Part shown: positions 1 through 7,682 of the stretch, one piece after another
Numbering within the stretch: the first letter of the stretch is position 1
Layout: each line of letters starts with the position of its first letter
Assembly (NCBI GenBank): GCA_005191425.1
Contig: SUPR01000066.1
Coordinates: forward strand, 1-20,841
Origin: Candidatus Helarchaeota ASGARD archaeon Hel_GB_B
GTDB lineage: Archaea; Asgardarchaeota; Lokiarchaeia; Helarchaeales; HEL-GB-B
DNA length: 20,841 bases
Reading direction: 5' to 3'
Program-made: the position numbers and the translations under genes
The notes under the pieces: model-generated
Database searches by the model: none
The model's input: the letters and a program-made list of their open reading frames with translations, nothing else
What the model was told of the DNA's origin: nothing

Positions 1-561
1 ATATTCAGAATATCTTGAGATAATAATAATTGAAATCCGAGATTGACCATATTCATCATCAGAAGCTCCATGAATAAATTCTAAAATCTCTTTATTTCCA
101 AGTAAATTTGCTTCGTCGATGGCTAAAATTAATCGCGCCTCCTCTTTTCGTAATCGCTGTTTTAACAAAGTTAGAAGTTGTTCATCGCCAAATCCTCTAC
201 TAAAAATTCCAAATCTATTTAATAGGTCCATTAAAATAGAATTTTTTGACCGAAATGAATAACAATTATAATATTTGAAATAAATAAGATGGTTGTTTTT
301 TATAGAAATATTCTGTATGGCTTTTCCAAAATTTTTTACAAGAGCAGTTTTTCCGACACCTGGGGGACCAATAATTGCAACATTTATTCCTGATGAATTA
401 TCAAAACTCATAATCGGTTTAAAAGCTCGGGCTAGACTTACAATTTCAGTTTCACGCCGTGGAAGTTCATTAGGTACATAATTACTTAAGAGTGTTTCTT
501 CATTTTTGAAAAAAGACCGTTTAAATAATATATTTTCAATAAATTTTTCAGAATCTGACAA
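1..561 (-). CDS. cdc6: Cdc6/Orc1 AAA+ replication initiator, N-terminal part (runs off the window start; absent from ORF track)
   Basis: Manual translation from TTG at 561 is open for 187 codons to base 1. It shows the Orc1 N-terminal signature FKNEETLLSNYVPNELPRRETEIVSLA, Walker A GPPGVGKT, YYNC and Walker B ILAIDEA. Confidence 0.92.
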   Translation of the reverse strand, partial: MSDSEKFIENILFKRSFFKNEETLLSNYVPNELPRRETEIVSLARAFKPIMSFDNSSGINVAIIGPPGVGKTALVKNFGKAIQNISIKNNHLIYFKYYNCYSFRSKNSILMDLLNRFGIFSRGFGDEQLLTLLKQRLRKEEARLILAIDEANLLGNKEILEFIHGASDDEYGQSRISIIIISRYSEY

Positions 562-603
562 TTTTACCCGACCTTATTAAAGTAAAAAATAGTAATAATA
601 AAA

Positions 604-1812
604 TTAATCTTCAATTCCATGTTCTGTTATTGAAAATATCGCTTCTGCTTCAGGTAAACACGGACTGTCTATTAGACGTGCTACTCTTTTATTTGCCTTC
701 GATTTTCTTAAATATAATCTAAAAGTACTAGCATGGGCTAATACATTTCCACCTGTAGGTTTTGTAGGATCTCCGAAAAAAACTCCCGGTGATGATTGGA
801 CTTGGTTTGTTATATAAACTGTTAAATTATGTGCCTCCGCAAGCTGGAGTAATCTATGTAGGAATTTACTTAATTTTTGCTGTCTATCACTTAGCGTCCC
901 TCTACCAATATATTCTGATCTGAAATGAGATATAATTGAGTCCACAATTATTAGTCTTATATTTTTTTCTTTAATAATTGGAGCTAATTTCTCAACAATT
1001 AATTGTTGATGGTCACTATTATATGCCCTACAATAAATTACATTATCTAATACTTTATTCTTATCTAAAAAGTCATATCTATCTAAAATCTGTAAAAGTC
1101 TTTCAGGCCTAAAAGTACCTTCAGTATCAATATAACAGACGGCACCATTAAGTCCCCCTTTATCTGTTGGCAATTGGACTGTAACACATAATTGGTGCGC
1201 AATTTGAGTTTTACCCGTCCTAAATTCTCCAAATGCTTCGACAATTGACCTTGTCTCTATTCCTCCTCCAAGAATACCGTCTAATTCTTTAGAACCTGTG
1301 GTGAATCTTATTATCTTTTGTCTATCAGATAAAACTTCATTTGCAGTCTTAAATCCAATTTTTAATTGAGACCTTGCACTTTGGATTATTTTAGCACAAA
1401 CTGTTTCTCCAATACCTGTAGCTCCAGAAATTTCTGATGGACTGGCAACTGCAATAGCTTCCGCGCTATTATAACCTGCATCTTCAAGTTTAGTAGCAAT
1501 GGCAGGCCCAACTCCTTTTAAATCTCTTATATGTATGATTTGAACTTCATTATCTAAAATAGGTGCTTTTTCGATGATTGCTTTTTGATCGATAGGTATG
1601 TTATTTTCAACTTCATTGTAATCAACATCATTTAGTTCTACTAAATTAGTAAGTTCTTTTTCAATTTCTGATTCATTTAAATCATCAATAGGTTTACTAA
1701 TACTTTCAATTTTAATGTTTTTATTAGAATTCTTTTTTTTACTTTTCGAACTATTAGATGTGGTAGTTCTTTTTGTTGATTTTCTACTACTTGATTTTGA
1801 ATTTGTAGCCAT
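604..1812 (-). CDS. radA: DNA repair and recombination protein RadA with ~90-aa N-terminal extension
   Basis: HhH motif DLKGVGPAIATKL, FKTA polymerisation motif, Walker A GEFRTGKT, YIDTEGTFRPERL, Walker B LIIVDS, and GGNVLAHASTFRLYLRK. ATG at 1812 is preferred over GTG at 1821 because GTGATAAAAATG gives an SD-like GTGA. Confidence 0.97.
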   Translation of the reverse strand: MATNSKSSSRKSTKRTTTSNSSKSKKKNSNKNIKIESISKPIDDLNESEIEKELTNLVELNDVDYNEVENNIPIDQKAIIEKAPILDNEVQIIHIRDLKGVGPAIATKLEDAGYNSAEAIAVASPSEISGATGIGETVCAKIIQSARSQLKIGFKTANEVLSDRQKIIRFTTGSKELDGILGGGIETRSIVEAFGEFRTGKTQIAHQLCVTVQLPTDKGGLNGAVCYIDTEGTFRPERLLQILDRYDFLDKNKVLDNVIYCRAYNSDHQQLIVEKLAPIIKEKNIRLIIVDSIISHFRSEYIGRGTLSDRQQKLSKFLHRLLQLAEAHNLTVYITNQVQSSPGVFFGDPTKPTGGNVLAHASTFRLYLRKSKANKRVARLIDSPCLPEAEAIFSITEHGIED

Positions 1813-1864
1813 TTTTATCACTTTTTAATTTTGTAATTTATAATTGTTTTTTTAAATTTAAAAG

Positions 1865-1877
1865 ACTCTCAGAGAGT
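1865..1877. promoter_or_regulatory. Perfect 6-1-6 palindrome ACTCTC-A-GAGAGT upstream of radA; possible operator
   Basis: GC-richer palindrome in an AT-rich spacer, about 53 bp upstream of the radA ATG. Function is inferred only. Confidence 0.25.
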
Positions 1878-2064
1878 AAAATATAAGTAAAAAATCAAGC
1901 AACTACCTGAAAATTTAGTTAGCCATTAAGGAGAAATTAAGAGAATAGGAATTGATATATGTGTAATATCCGTTCAACTAATAATTGAAATTTAGAACAA
2001 AATAGATTTAATAAATAATTATTAGAAACAAAATTTGGATAATTACTAATTTTAACAAAAATAA

Positions 2065-2517
2065 TTACTTGATAATTATTTTATTTCCCCCTTTTTTCTT
2101 TGCCTCTTTTAATGCATTCTTAGCTAATTTTCTTAAAGGGTCACTCAATAAAAATTGCTTTTTCTTAGAAATTATAGGTTTATAGTCCAAATAAATTCCC
2201 TTTGCTATACCGATTGAAATTGTTGCATTTGATTTTGTAGTTTTCCCTAACTTTTCTATTTTTTGTCGAATATTGTCTAAATCTTTTAATAATTGATCAA
2301 AATCGGGCATTGAAAATAATAACATACATTCTTCTGTACCTTCTTTTCTATTTAATCCATATAATATTGAGCATGAATGTTTACTTGCTAAGTCAATTAT
2401 CATATCAGTTAGACATGATGTGATAATATTTTTTCTATATTTTTTCCAGCCTAAGTTCGCAACAACATCTTTAAACCTATCCAAATCTAGGAAAACTATT
2501 ACATTATATGGTCTCAT
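2065..2517 (-). CDS. Stand-alone GGDEF-like (nucleotide cyclase palm fold) protein with GTEEC motif
   Basis: IVFLDLDRFK matches the DxDxFK motif, GTEEC sits at the GG(D/E)EF position, ATISIGIA matches TxSIGVA, and the C-terminal ALKEAKKKGGNKIII matches ALYxAKxxGRNxV. Confidence 0.75.
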   Translation of the reverse strand: MRPYNVIVFLDLDRFKDVVANLGWKKYRKNIITSCLTDMIIDLASKHSCSILYGLNRKEGTEECMLLFSMPDFDQLLKDLDNIRQKIEKLGKTTKSNATISIGIAKGIYLDYKPIISKKKQFLLSDPLRKLAKNALKEAKKKGGNKIIIK

Positions 2518-2651
2518 TTCTATAAATTTTGCTAAAATATCTTAAATTTTTTATTTTATGTTTTTCTTCTTTAAAAAAATATTATAATATTATAATACCT
2601 AATAATAAATAAAATTAAATTTTATCATTTATTAAAAAACAATGAATTAAA

Positions 2652-3113
2652 ATGATTGGAAGGTATTTAGAAGATTTTAAAATTGGTGAAGAATTTATAA
2701 CACCACAAAGAACTATACATTTGCATGACATAACTCAATTTTGTAACTTAACCTGGTTTAACTTATCTATATTTTATGATGAAAATTATATTAAAGAAAA
2801 TACTGTTTGGAAAAATTATGTAGTACCTGGCCCATTTTTAATTGCCCTAGCATTAGGGTTGTACTTGAAACTGGGTCTATATGAAAAAACAATCATTGCA
2901 TTACTTGGTATTGAAAATATGAATTTTAAAAACCCTCTTATTGCTGGAGAAACAATGAAAACTATAGTAAAAGTTTTAAATATTAGGAAATCCACAAAAA
3001 ATCCGGATAGAGGAATTATACATTTACAATTTATAATAAAAAAATCTGATAATACTTTTGTAATGTCTTTTGAAATGTATCATTTATTAAAATGTAGAGA
3101 TCACAATAAATAA
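2652..3113 (+). CDS. MaoC-family (hot-dog fold) dehydratase
   Basis: GRYLEDFKIGEEFITPQRTI, VVPGP, LLGIENMNF and PLIAGETM..RKSTKNPDRGII are typical of MaoC/PaaZ C-terminal domains. Confidence 0.88.
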   Translation: MIGRYLEDFKIGEEFITPQRTIHLHDITQFCNLTWFNLSIFYDENYIKENTVWKNYVVPGPFLIALALGLYLKLGLYEKTIIALLGIENMNFKNPLIAGETMKTIVKVLNIRKSTKNPDRGIIHLQFIIKKSDNTFVMSFEMYHLLKCRDHNK

Positions 3114-3173
3114 ATAATATGCAAATCACTTTATAGAATAAATGTATAATAATGATTTATAATAAAATAAAAA

Positions 3174-3524
3174 TTAATAACGTTTAGGTCTTAATTGTGG
3201 TTTAGCTATTTTTATTAATTCTGCTGCTTTTTCTCTTAATGTTTCAATAGGTGTAGCCCAGATAATTTCTCCATTTTCAAAATTGACATAGATTTCACCA
3301 ATTATCCCATAACCATAAAGATTTCCATCGTCTAAAACAGCTGTCAAATCTATTAAAAATTTTATTGCTTTTTTTCCATTATCTAGTTCCACAAGACTTG
3401 GTGAGCATGCTGTATAGCCTGGGCCTCGCTCGTTCATTAAGAATTTATATACATTCCAATCTATTTCATCAGAAACTTTCCCATGTTCTGCCAGTACCTT
3501 TACAACTTTGGGTTTAGACTCCAT
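3174..3524 (-). CDS. Hypothetical protein, 116 aa
   Basis: Clean ORF with SD-like GGTAGTGA before ATG and globular alpha/beta composition. No family recognised. Confidence 0.8.
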   Translation of the reverse strand: MESKPKVVKVLAEHGKVSDEIDWNVYKFLMNERGPGYTACSPSLVELDNGKKAIKFLIDLTAVLDDGNLYGYGIIGEIYVNFENGEIIWATPIETLREKAAELIKIAKPQLRPKRY

Positions 3525-3596
3525 TTATATCACTACCTACAATTTTTCTTATTATCTAATAAAAACTTTATTTATACACTTATATTTATATACTTA

Positions 3597-3743
3597 TTAT
3601 CTGAGTTTCTGTAATTCATCCCATAAATAGTCTCTTAATGCTATTCTTATGCACTCAGTAATATTTGAATATAGTCCGTATTCAATAAATTCTTTTATAA
3701 TTTTAATATCCTGAAGGGGAATTGAAACAGTTAAAATTTTCAT
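3597..3743 (-). CDS. Ribbon-helix-helix (CopG/Arc/MetJ-like) DNA-binding protein, 48 aa (below ORF-track cutoff)
   Basis: MKILTVSIPLQDIKIIKEFIEYGLYSNITECIRIALRDYLWDELQKLR: an alternating beta strand (ILTVSI), a helix, then the GxYxxxxExIRxALRxxL pattern. Confidence 0.85.
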   Translation of the reverse strand: MKILTVSIPLQDIKIIKEFIEYGLYSNITECIRIALRDYLWDELQKLR

Positions 3744-3869
3744 ATATTTCAATTTTCTATTTGAAAATATAAAAGTTTAATTTATTAAAGTCGGAATTTA
3801 AATTCAAAAAAATTAAAATATACATTTAATTATAAATTATACCTAATAAATTAAAAAAGGGAAAATGAA

Positions 3870-4598
3870 ATGACTAAAAATAAGATCAATGCATTAACAA
3901 AAAAGATCATTACATCTTCAATAGACGAAAGTCTCGAAGCTTCTATGGAAATACAAGACCTAATTATTGAAAAAAAAGATAATAAAAATATTTTAGGGCC
4001 TATCTTAATAGATAACTTAAAAACAGAAAAGGACATCTTAAAATTACGTAGAATCGTTTGGGCTATTAGTATTTTTGAAATTGAGGAAGCCAAGCCATTA
4101 TTAAGAAAATTTATTAAGCATGAAAATCAATTTTTAAGAGAAGAAGCAATATTAGCTCTCGGTATTTTAAAAGATGAGGAATCTATTGATGAGTTGAAAA
4201 AGATTTTAAACGATAAAAATGACCTTGCGAGGGAGGAAGCAGCAATTGCATTAGGTCTAATGGGAGTTAAAGATGCTATTGATATCTTAATAGACCAATT
4301 AGATGATGAAGATATCAATATTGTTATTGCGACATGTTTAGCCCTGTCTTATCTGCGAGACCCTAAGTCAATTCCACCATTAATTAAAAAAATAACTGAT
4401 GATAATAAATATGTAAGAAGATATGCAAAAAAGTCCGTTTTTACCTTTGGCAGAGCTGCACTAGATGATTTAAGAGAAGCATTAAAGGAAGCTCCGTTTC
4501 TAAAGAAAAGATATATTCGTTCATTGATAAATGAGATTGATAAAAGTGATTATTCCGAAGTACACCAAGTTTTTGAAAAAGTCTCATTCCCCAGATAA
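3870..4598 (+). CDS. HEAT/PBS-lyase repeat protein
   Basis: Repeated ~31-aa units: LREEAILALGIL, AREEAAIALGLM, IVIATCLALSYL, VRRYAKKSV, each followed by AIxxLIxxLxD-like helices. Confidence 0.88.
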   Translation: MTKNKINALTKKIITSSIDESLEASMEIQDLIIEKKDNKNILGPILIDNLKTEKDILKLRRIVWAISIFEIEEAKPLLRKFIKHENQFLREEAILALGILKDEESIDELKKILNDKNDLAREEAAIALGLMGVKDAIDILIDQLDDEDINIVIATCLALSYLRDPKSIPPLIKKITDDNKYVRRYAKKSVFTFGRAALDDLREALKEAPFLKKRYIRSLINEIDKSDYSEVHQVFEKVSFPR

Positions 4599-4757
4599 TT
4601 AATAACTTTTTATACATTATTTTATTAATTTAGATTAATAATTTCTATTACATTTTTCTTTTATCTTCTTCTTTATATCTATTTTTGAGTTTTTACAAAA
4701 ACCTTTGCCTAATAAAAATATAAGTAATTTTATTTAGCTATTTTCTTAATGAAATTT

Positions 4758-4774
4758 GAAAAGATTTTTATATA
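4758..4774 (+). promoter_or_regulatory. Candidate BRE/TATA promoter for the structured element
   Basis: GAAAAG (4758-4763) followed by TTTATATA (4767-4774), ~25 nt before G4799 where GC-rich sequence begins. Weak evidence given the AT-rich background. Confidence 0.35.
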
Positions 4775-4798
4775 TTTAACCACTTTTTGTTGTCTAAA

Positions 4799-5039
4799 GG
4801 TGAGGGGAGGCGAGCTTAGAAGAGTATTATATACCTAAGTATTATTATAACCTAAAATATAAGCTGGACAATATTATAACATCCCCAAAAGTCCTAGCTC
4901 TGCGCCCATGCCTCTCTAGTGAGAGTGACTCTCGTAAAGCTGAGCGAGATGGACATGATATACATGTGCGTGGCAATCCTCAAAAAAGTATCCACAAAAG
5001 TTGCCGAGGGACTTTCTATGTACATTCCAGCACTTTTTT
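4799..5039 (+). ncRNA. Candidate structured non-coding RNA of unknown family (core 4863-5031; strand tentative)
   Basis: About 48% GC over 4891-5030 inside a very AT-rich spacer, no ORF, and ten mutually compatible nested helices. Bounded by a TATA-like box upstream and a T6 run downstream. Confidence 0.55.
5034..5039 (+). terminator. Oligo-T tract directly after the closing stem of the candidate RNA
   Basis: TTTTTT two nt after TCCAGC. Oligo-T tracts terminate archaeal transcription, but T runs are common in this window. Confidence 0.3.
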
Positions 5040-5182
5040 CAAAAATTTAATTTCATCGATTAGTAATACTATTAAATTCTTTATCAAATTTCATAAAATT
5101 TTCAAAAATCTAAAAATATTCTAAAAAATTAGTTTAAACATTGATAATGTATAAAATCAAAAATTTTCAGGCGATTTACTAA

Positions 5183-5884
5183 TTGGAAAAAATAAATACA
5201 TATATTAATATTTTAGATAAAAAATTAAATGGTGGTTTTTTAAAAAGTAGTTCATTTCTTCTATATGGCGAACCAGGTATTGGAAAAACAATATTTAGCC
5301 TTCAATTATTATTAAATCAAGCATTAAATAATGATATTTCGATATTGGTAAGTTGTGATAATTCAACTAATTCCATTAAATTAATGCTGAATACTTATTG
5401 GAAAAATATCATTTCTGAAATAAATTATAATAAATTTATAATTGTTGACAGTTATTCATGGCGGTTAAGCAGGATACTTAATCCAAATCAAATTTCATTA
5501 CAAAATTTGTCCGACTTTTTTAGTAATTTAATTGATACAATTGAAAAAATAAATAATACCCAAAATAAAATGCCTACAATGATTGTGGTTGATTCTATTA
5601 CCACAATTATTGAATATAATGGTATAAATGCAACGTCCAAATTCTTACAGACATTGTCAGCAATTAACAACGAATGGGAAATGGTAATTATTTTTATAAT
5701 GGAAGAAGGAGTCCATAACGTACAAGAAATGAAAAAGATTGAATATATATTGGACGGACTTATTTATTTATATAAAAAAAAGAACCAAACAAGATATCTT
5801 GAAATTCCACATATTCGATTTTCCAACCCAATTGGTCCAATAGAATATTCTATAGATAATAATGGCTTCCATTTCATAGAATAA
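5183..5884 (+). CDS. Single-domain KaiC/RAD55-like RecA-superfamily ATPase
   Basis: LDKKLNGGF, Walker A GEPGIGKT, IIVDSYSW, Walker B IVVDSIT, EYILDGLIYL, C-terminal YSIDNNGF. TTG start. Confidence 0.88.
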   Translation: MEKINTYINILDKKLNGGFLKSSSFLLYGEPGIGKTIFSLQLLLNQALNNDISILVSCDNSTNSIKLMLNTYWKNIISEINYNKFIIVDSYSWRLSRILNPNQISLQNLSDFFSNLIDTIEKINNTQNKMPTMIVVDSITTIIEYNGINATSKFLQTLSAINNEWEMVIIFIMEEGVHNVQEMKKIEYILDGLIYLYKKKNQTRYLEIPHIRFSNPIGPIEYSIDNNGFHFIE

Positions 5885-5924
5885 ATTTTATTAAAGATAA
5901 TTGTTGAAAGAAATGCAAAACTCT

Positions 5925-6527
5925 TTATTTTTCATATTTGGGTAAAATAGTTTCTCTAATTTTAGTTTCTAATGAATCGAATTCCTCAAACTTTCCTTCA
6001 ATTAAATAATTAAATAGAATATCAATTGATGAAATAAGATTATCAGGTTCTAAATTAAATTCTTGTTCATAGCGTTCTATTTTTTCGTGAGTAACTTTCA
6101 TAATGCTGGCAACTTTTTGCATAGAATTCATAGTATCTTCTATTTCTTTCCATAAGTCTTCAAGATATAAAATATTTAGTAAAAATTCTTCATGAGCCGA
6201 TTTACCAAACATTCTTAGACGGTCTTTAATTTCTTTAACATTTTTTGAATCATTTATTGTATTTTCAATGACAGAATATAAGTTTTTAATAGAATTTAAA
6301 GTGTTTCTCCTTATATTTAACCATTTTTTAATTTTCTTTATATTATTTGCCACTGTTTCTATATCTCTATTTAATAATTCAATTACTTGATTAATTTGTT
6401 CTGTAAATTCTTTTTTGCGAAGAACTAAAGAAGACCTTAATCTTACACCACTTATGTCTTTTTGAATCAAATAAATCAAATCAGATAACTTAGATAATGC
6501 CTCTTTATATTGTGTTATATCGTCCAT
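5925..6527 (-). CDS. Hypothetical alpha-helical/coiled-coil protein, 200 aa
   Basis: Long ORF with SD-like GGAG upstream and heptad-like charged helices. No family recognised. Confidence 0.8.
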   Translation of the reverse strand: MDDITQYKEALSKLSDLIYLIQKDISGVRLRSSLVLRKKEFTEQINQVIELLNRDIETVANNIKKIKKWLNIRRNTLNSIKNLYSVIENTINDSKNVKEIKDRLRMFGKSAHEEFLLNILYLEDLWKEIEDTMNSMQKVASIMKVTHEKIERYEQEFNLEPDNLISSIDILFNYLIEGKFEEFDSLETKIRETILPKYEK

Positions 6528-6681
6528 TTTTTGATTTGGCTCCTATTATTTTTAATTGAATTTAAAAAATTTCTATATTTAAATTTCATTTTGTTAATTT
6601 CTTAATAACTTTTTGATTAATTTTTTAACTCATTTTATCATTAAATAATATTTATATAATAGATATCTCAATCCATTTAAT

Positions 6682-7380
6682 ATGGTAAATCTAAGTGAAT
6701 TAATAAACTATTGGTTACCATTAATCTTCAAATTAATTAAAATTTGCTTGTATTTTAGTGCAATGATATGGTTTATTAAGAAAGCTCATAAAAAAGAGGA
6801 TAGTGCAAAATTTGAAATATTAATAAGTTTATTTTTTATGTTTATGGGAATAGGGAGCCTGTTAGAAGTTATAACGCAGAATTATTATCCTGAATTTTAT
6901 AGTGGTGTTGTATATTTATTATGGCCGGCTATATCAGCAGAAGCTCTTGTTTATTTTTTTGGATTTGTTGCTATTGGGCTGTTAACATTAGGAACAGAAA
7001 TCAATGTAAAGTTAAAAACTCATGGTATTCTGTCAATTATACCTTTTGCTTTAGCTGTAGCCACTTTATATTTTGGTATCTTAATTACTGAATATATTTA
7101 TCTTTCAGCTTTAATTATAGTAATTATCCCAATCTTATACTTTTATATTGCATTTAAAGCTCCAAAAGGACTAAAAGAAAAATCATTTTGTGTTGCAATT
7201 GGATATTTTTTAGTTTTTTTTGGTGAAGCTGCAAATTATTCAATTATGATGAGAGTTGAACCATTTAAATCCCTTTTTACAAATGTAGAATTATTATTTG
7301 GATATAAAATAGCTTTTATTCAGCCGTTAATTATAATAATTGGACTATTTTTTTTGTTCTATGGTTATAGAACAAAATAA
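6682..7380 (+). CDS. Integral membrane protein with ~7 TM helices and no cytoplasmic effector domain
   Basis: Seven hydrophobic segments counted by eye (e.g. ILISLFFMFMGIGSLL, GILSIIPFALAVATLYFGIL, IAFIQPLIIIIGLFFLFYGY). Confidence 0.8.
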   Translation: MVNLSELINYWLPLIFKLIKICLYFSAMIWFIKKAHKKEDSAKFEILISLFFMFMGIGSLLEVITQNYYPEFYSGVVYLLWPAISAEALVYFFGFVAIGLLTLGTEINVKLKTHGILSIIPFALAVATLYFGILITEYIYLSALIIVIIPILYFYIAFKAPKGLKEKSFCVAIGYFLVFFGEAANYSIMMRVEPFKSLFTNVELLFGYKIAFIQPLIIIIGLFFLFYGYRTK

Positions 7381-7682
7381 TTTATTTATTTTAAATTCAT
7401 TTTTGAATTTTTTAATTTTACATTATATATTTGTGAAATATTTTATGATTATAAAAATTTTAAAATATAAATTTTATTTTTTAATATTAAGAAAAATTTA
7501 AAGATATAAATGAAAATAATTTTTTTAATATTATAAAAATTAAAGATTCAAAAAGATTGTATAATTTAGAAATAAGTTCAATTTAAATAGCTAACTAAAA
7601 ATAAATTATTAAGATAAAAAATTTATTAAATTAAAAAATTTGTTTAAATTGAACCGATAATTTTAATCAAAAGGTCTAAATT

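Noticed and set aside
293-481. 62-aa plus-strand ORF
   Set aside because: Antisense shadow of cdc6, which has clear motifs on the minus strand.
3851-4318. Minus-strand ORFs 3851-4093 and 4127-4318
   Set aside because: Antisense shadows of the HEAT-repeat gene.
4863-5031. RNase P, SRP or group I intron identity (GAAAGTCC and GTGCTGGAA on the minus strand)
   Set aside because: AAAGTCC pairs locally without the bulged-U P4 partner, and ACAGAA..GGCTTA is absent. There is no CAGG-GNRA-AGCA helix 8 and no Q/R elements in the right order. A highly divergent member cannot be excluded without a covariance search.
4799-5033. Replication origin (ORB elements) near cdc6
   Set aside because: TTCCAG and a G-string occur, but there is no repeated TCCAnnnGAA ORB motif, and the element is >4 kb from cdc6.
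5488-5670. 60-aa minus-strand ORF
   Set aside because: Antisense to the KaiC-like gene, with no independent features.
7381-7682. Long AT-rich spacers (also 13400-13710 and 18579-18958) checked for CRISPR or direct repeats
   Set aside because: Only low-complexity A/T runs, with no regularly spaced repeats or convincing ORFs.
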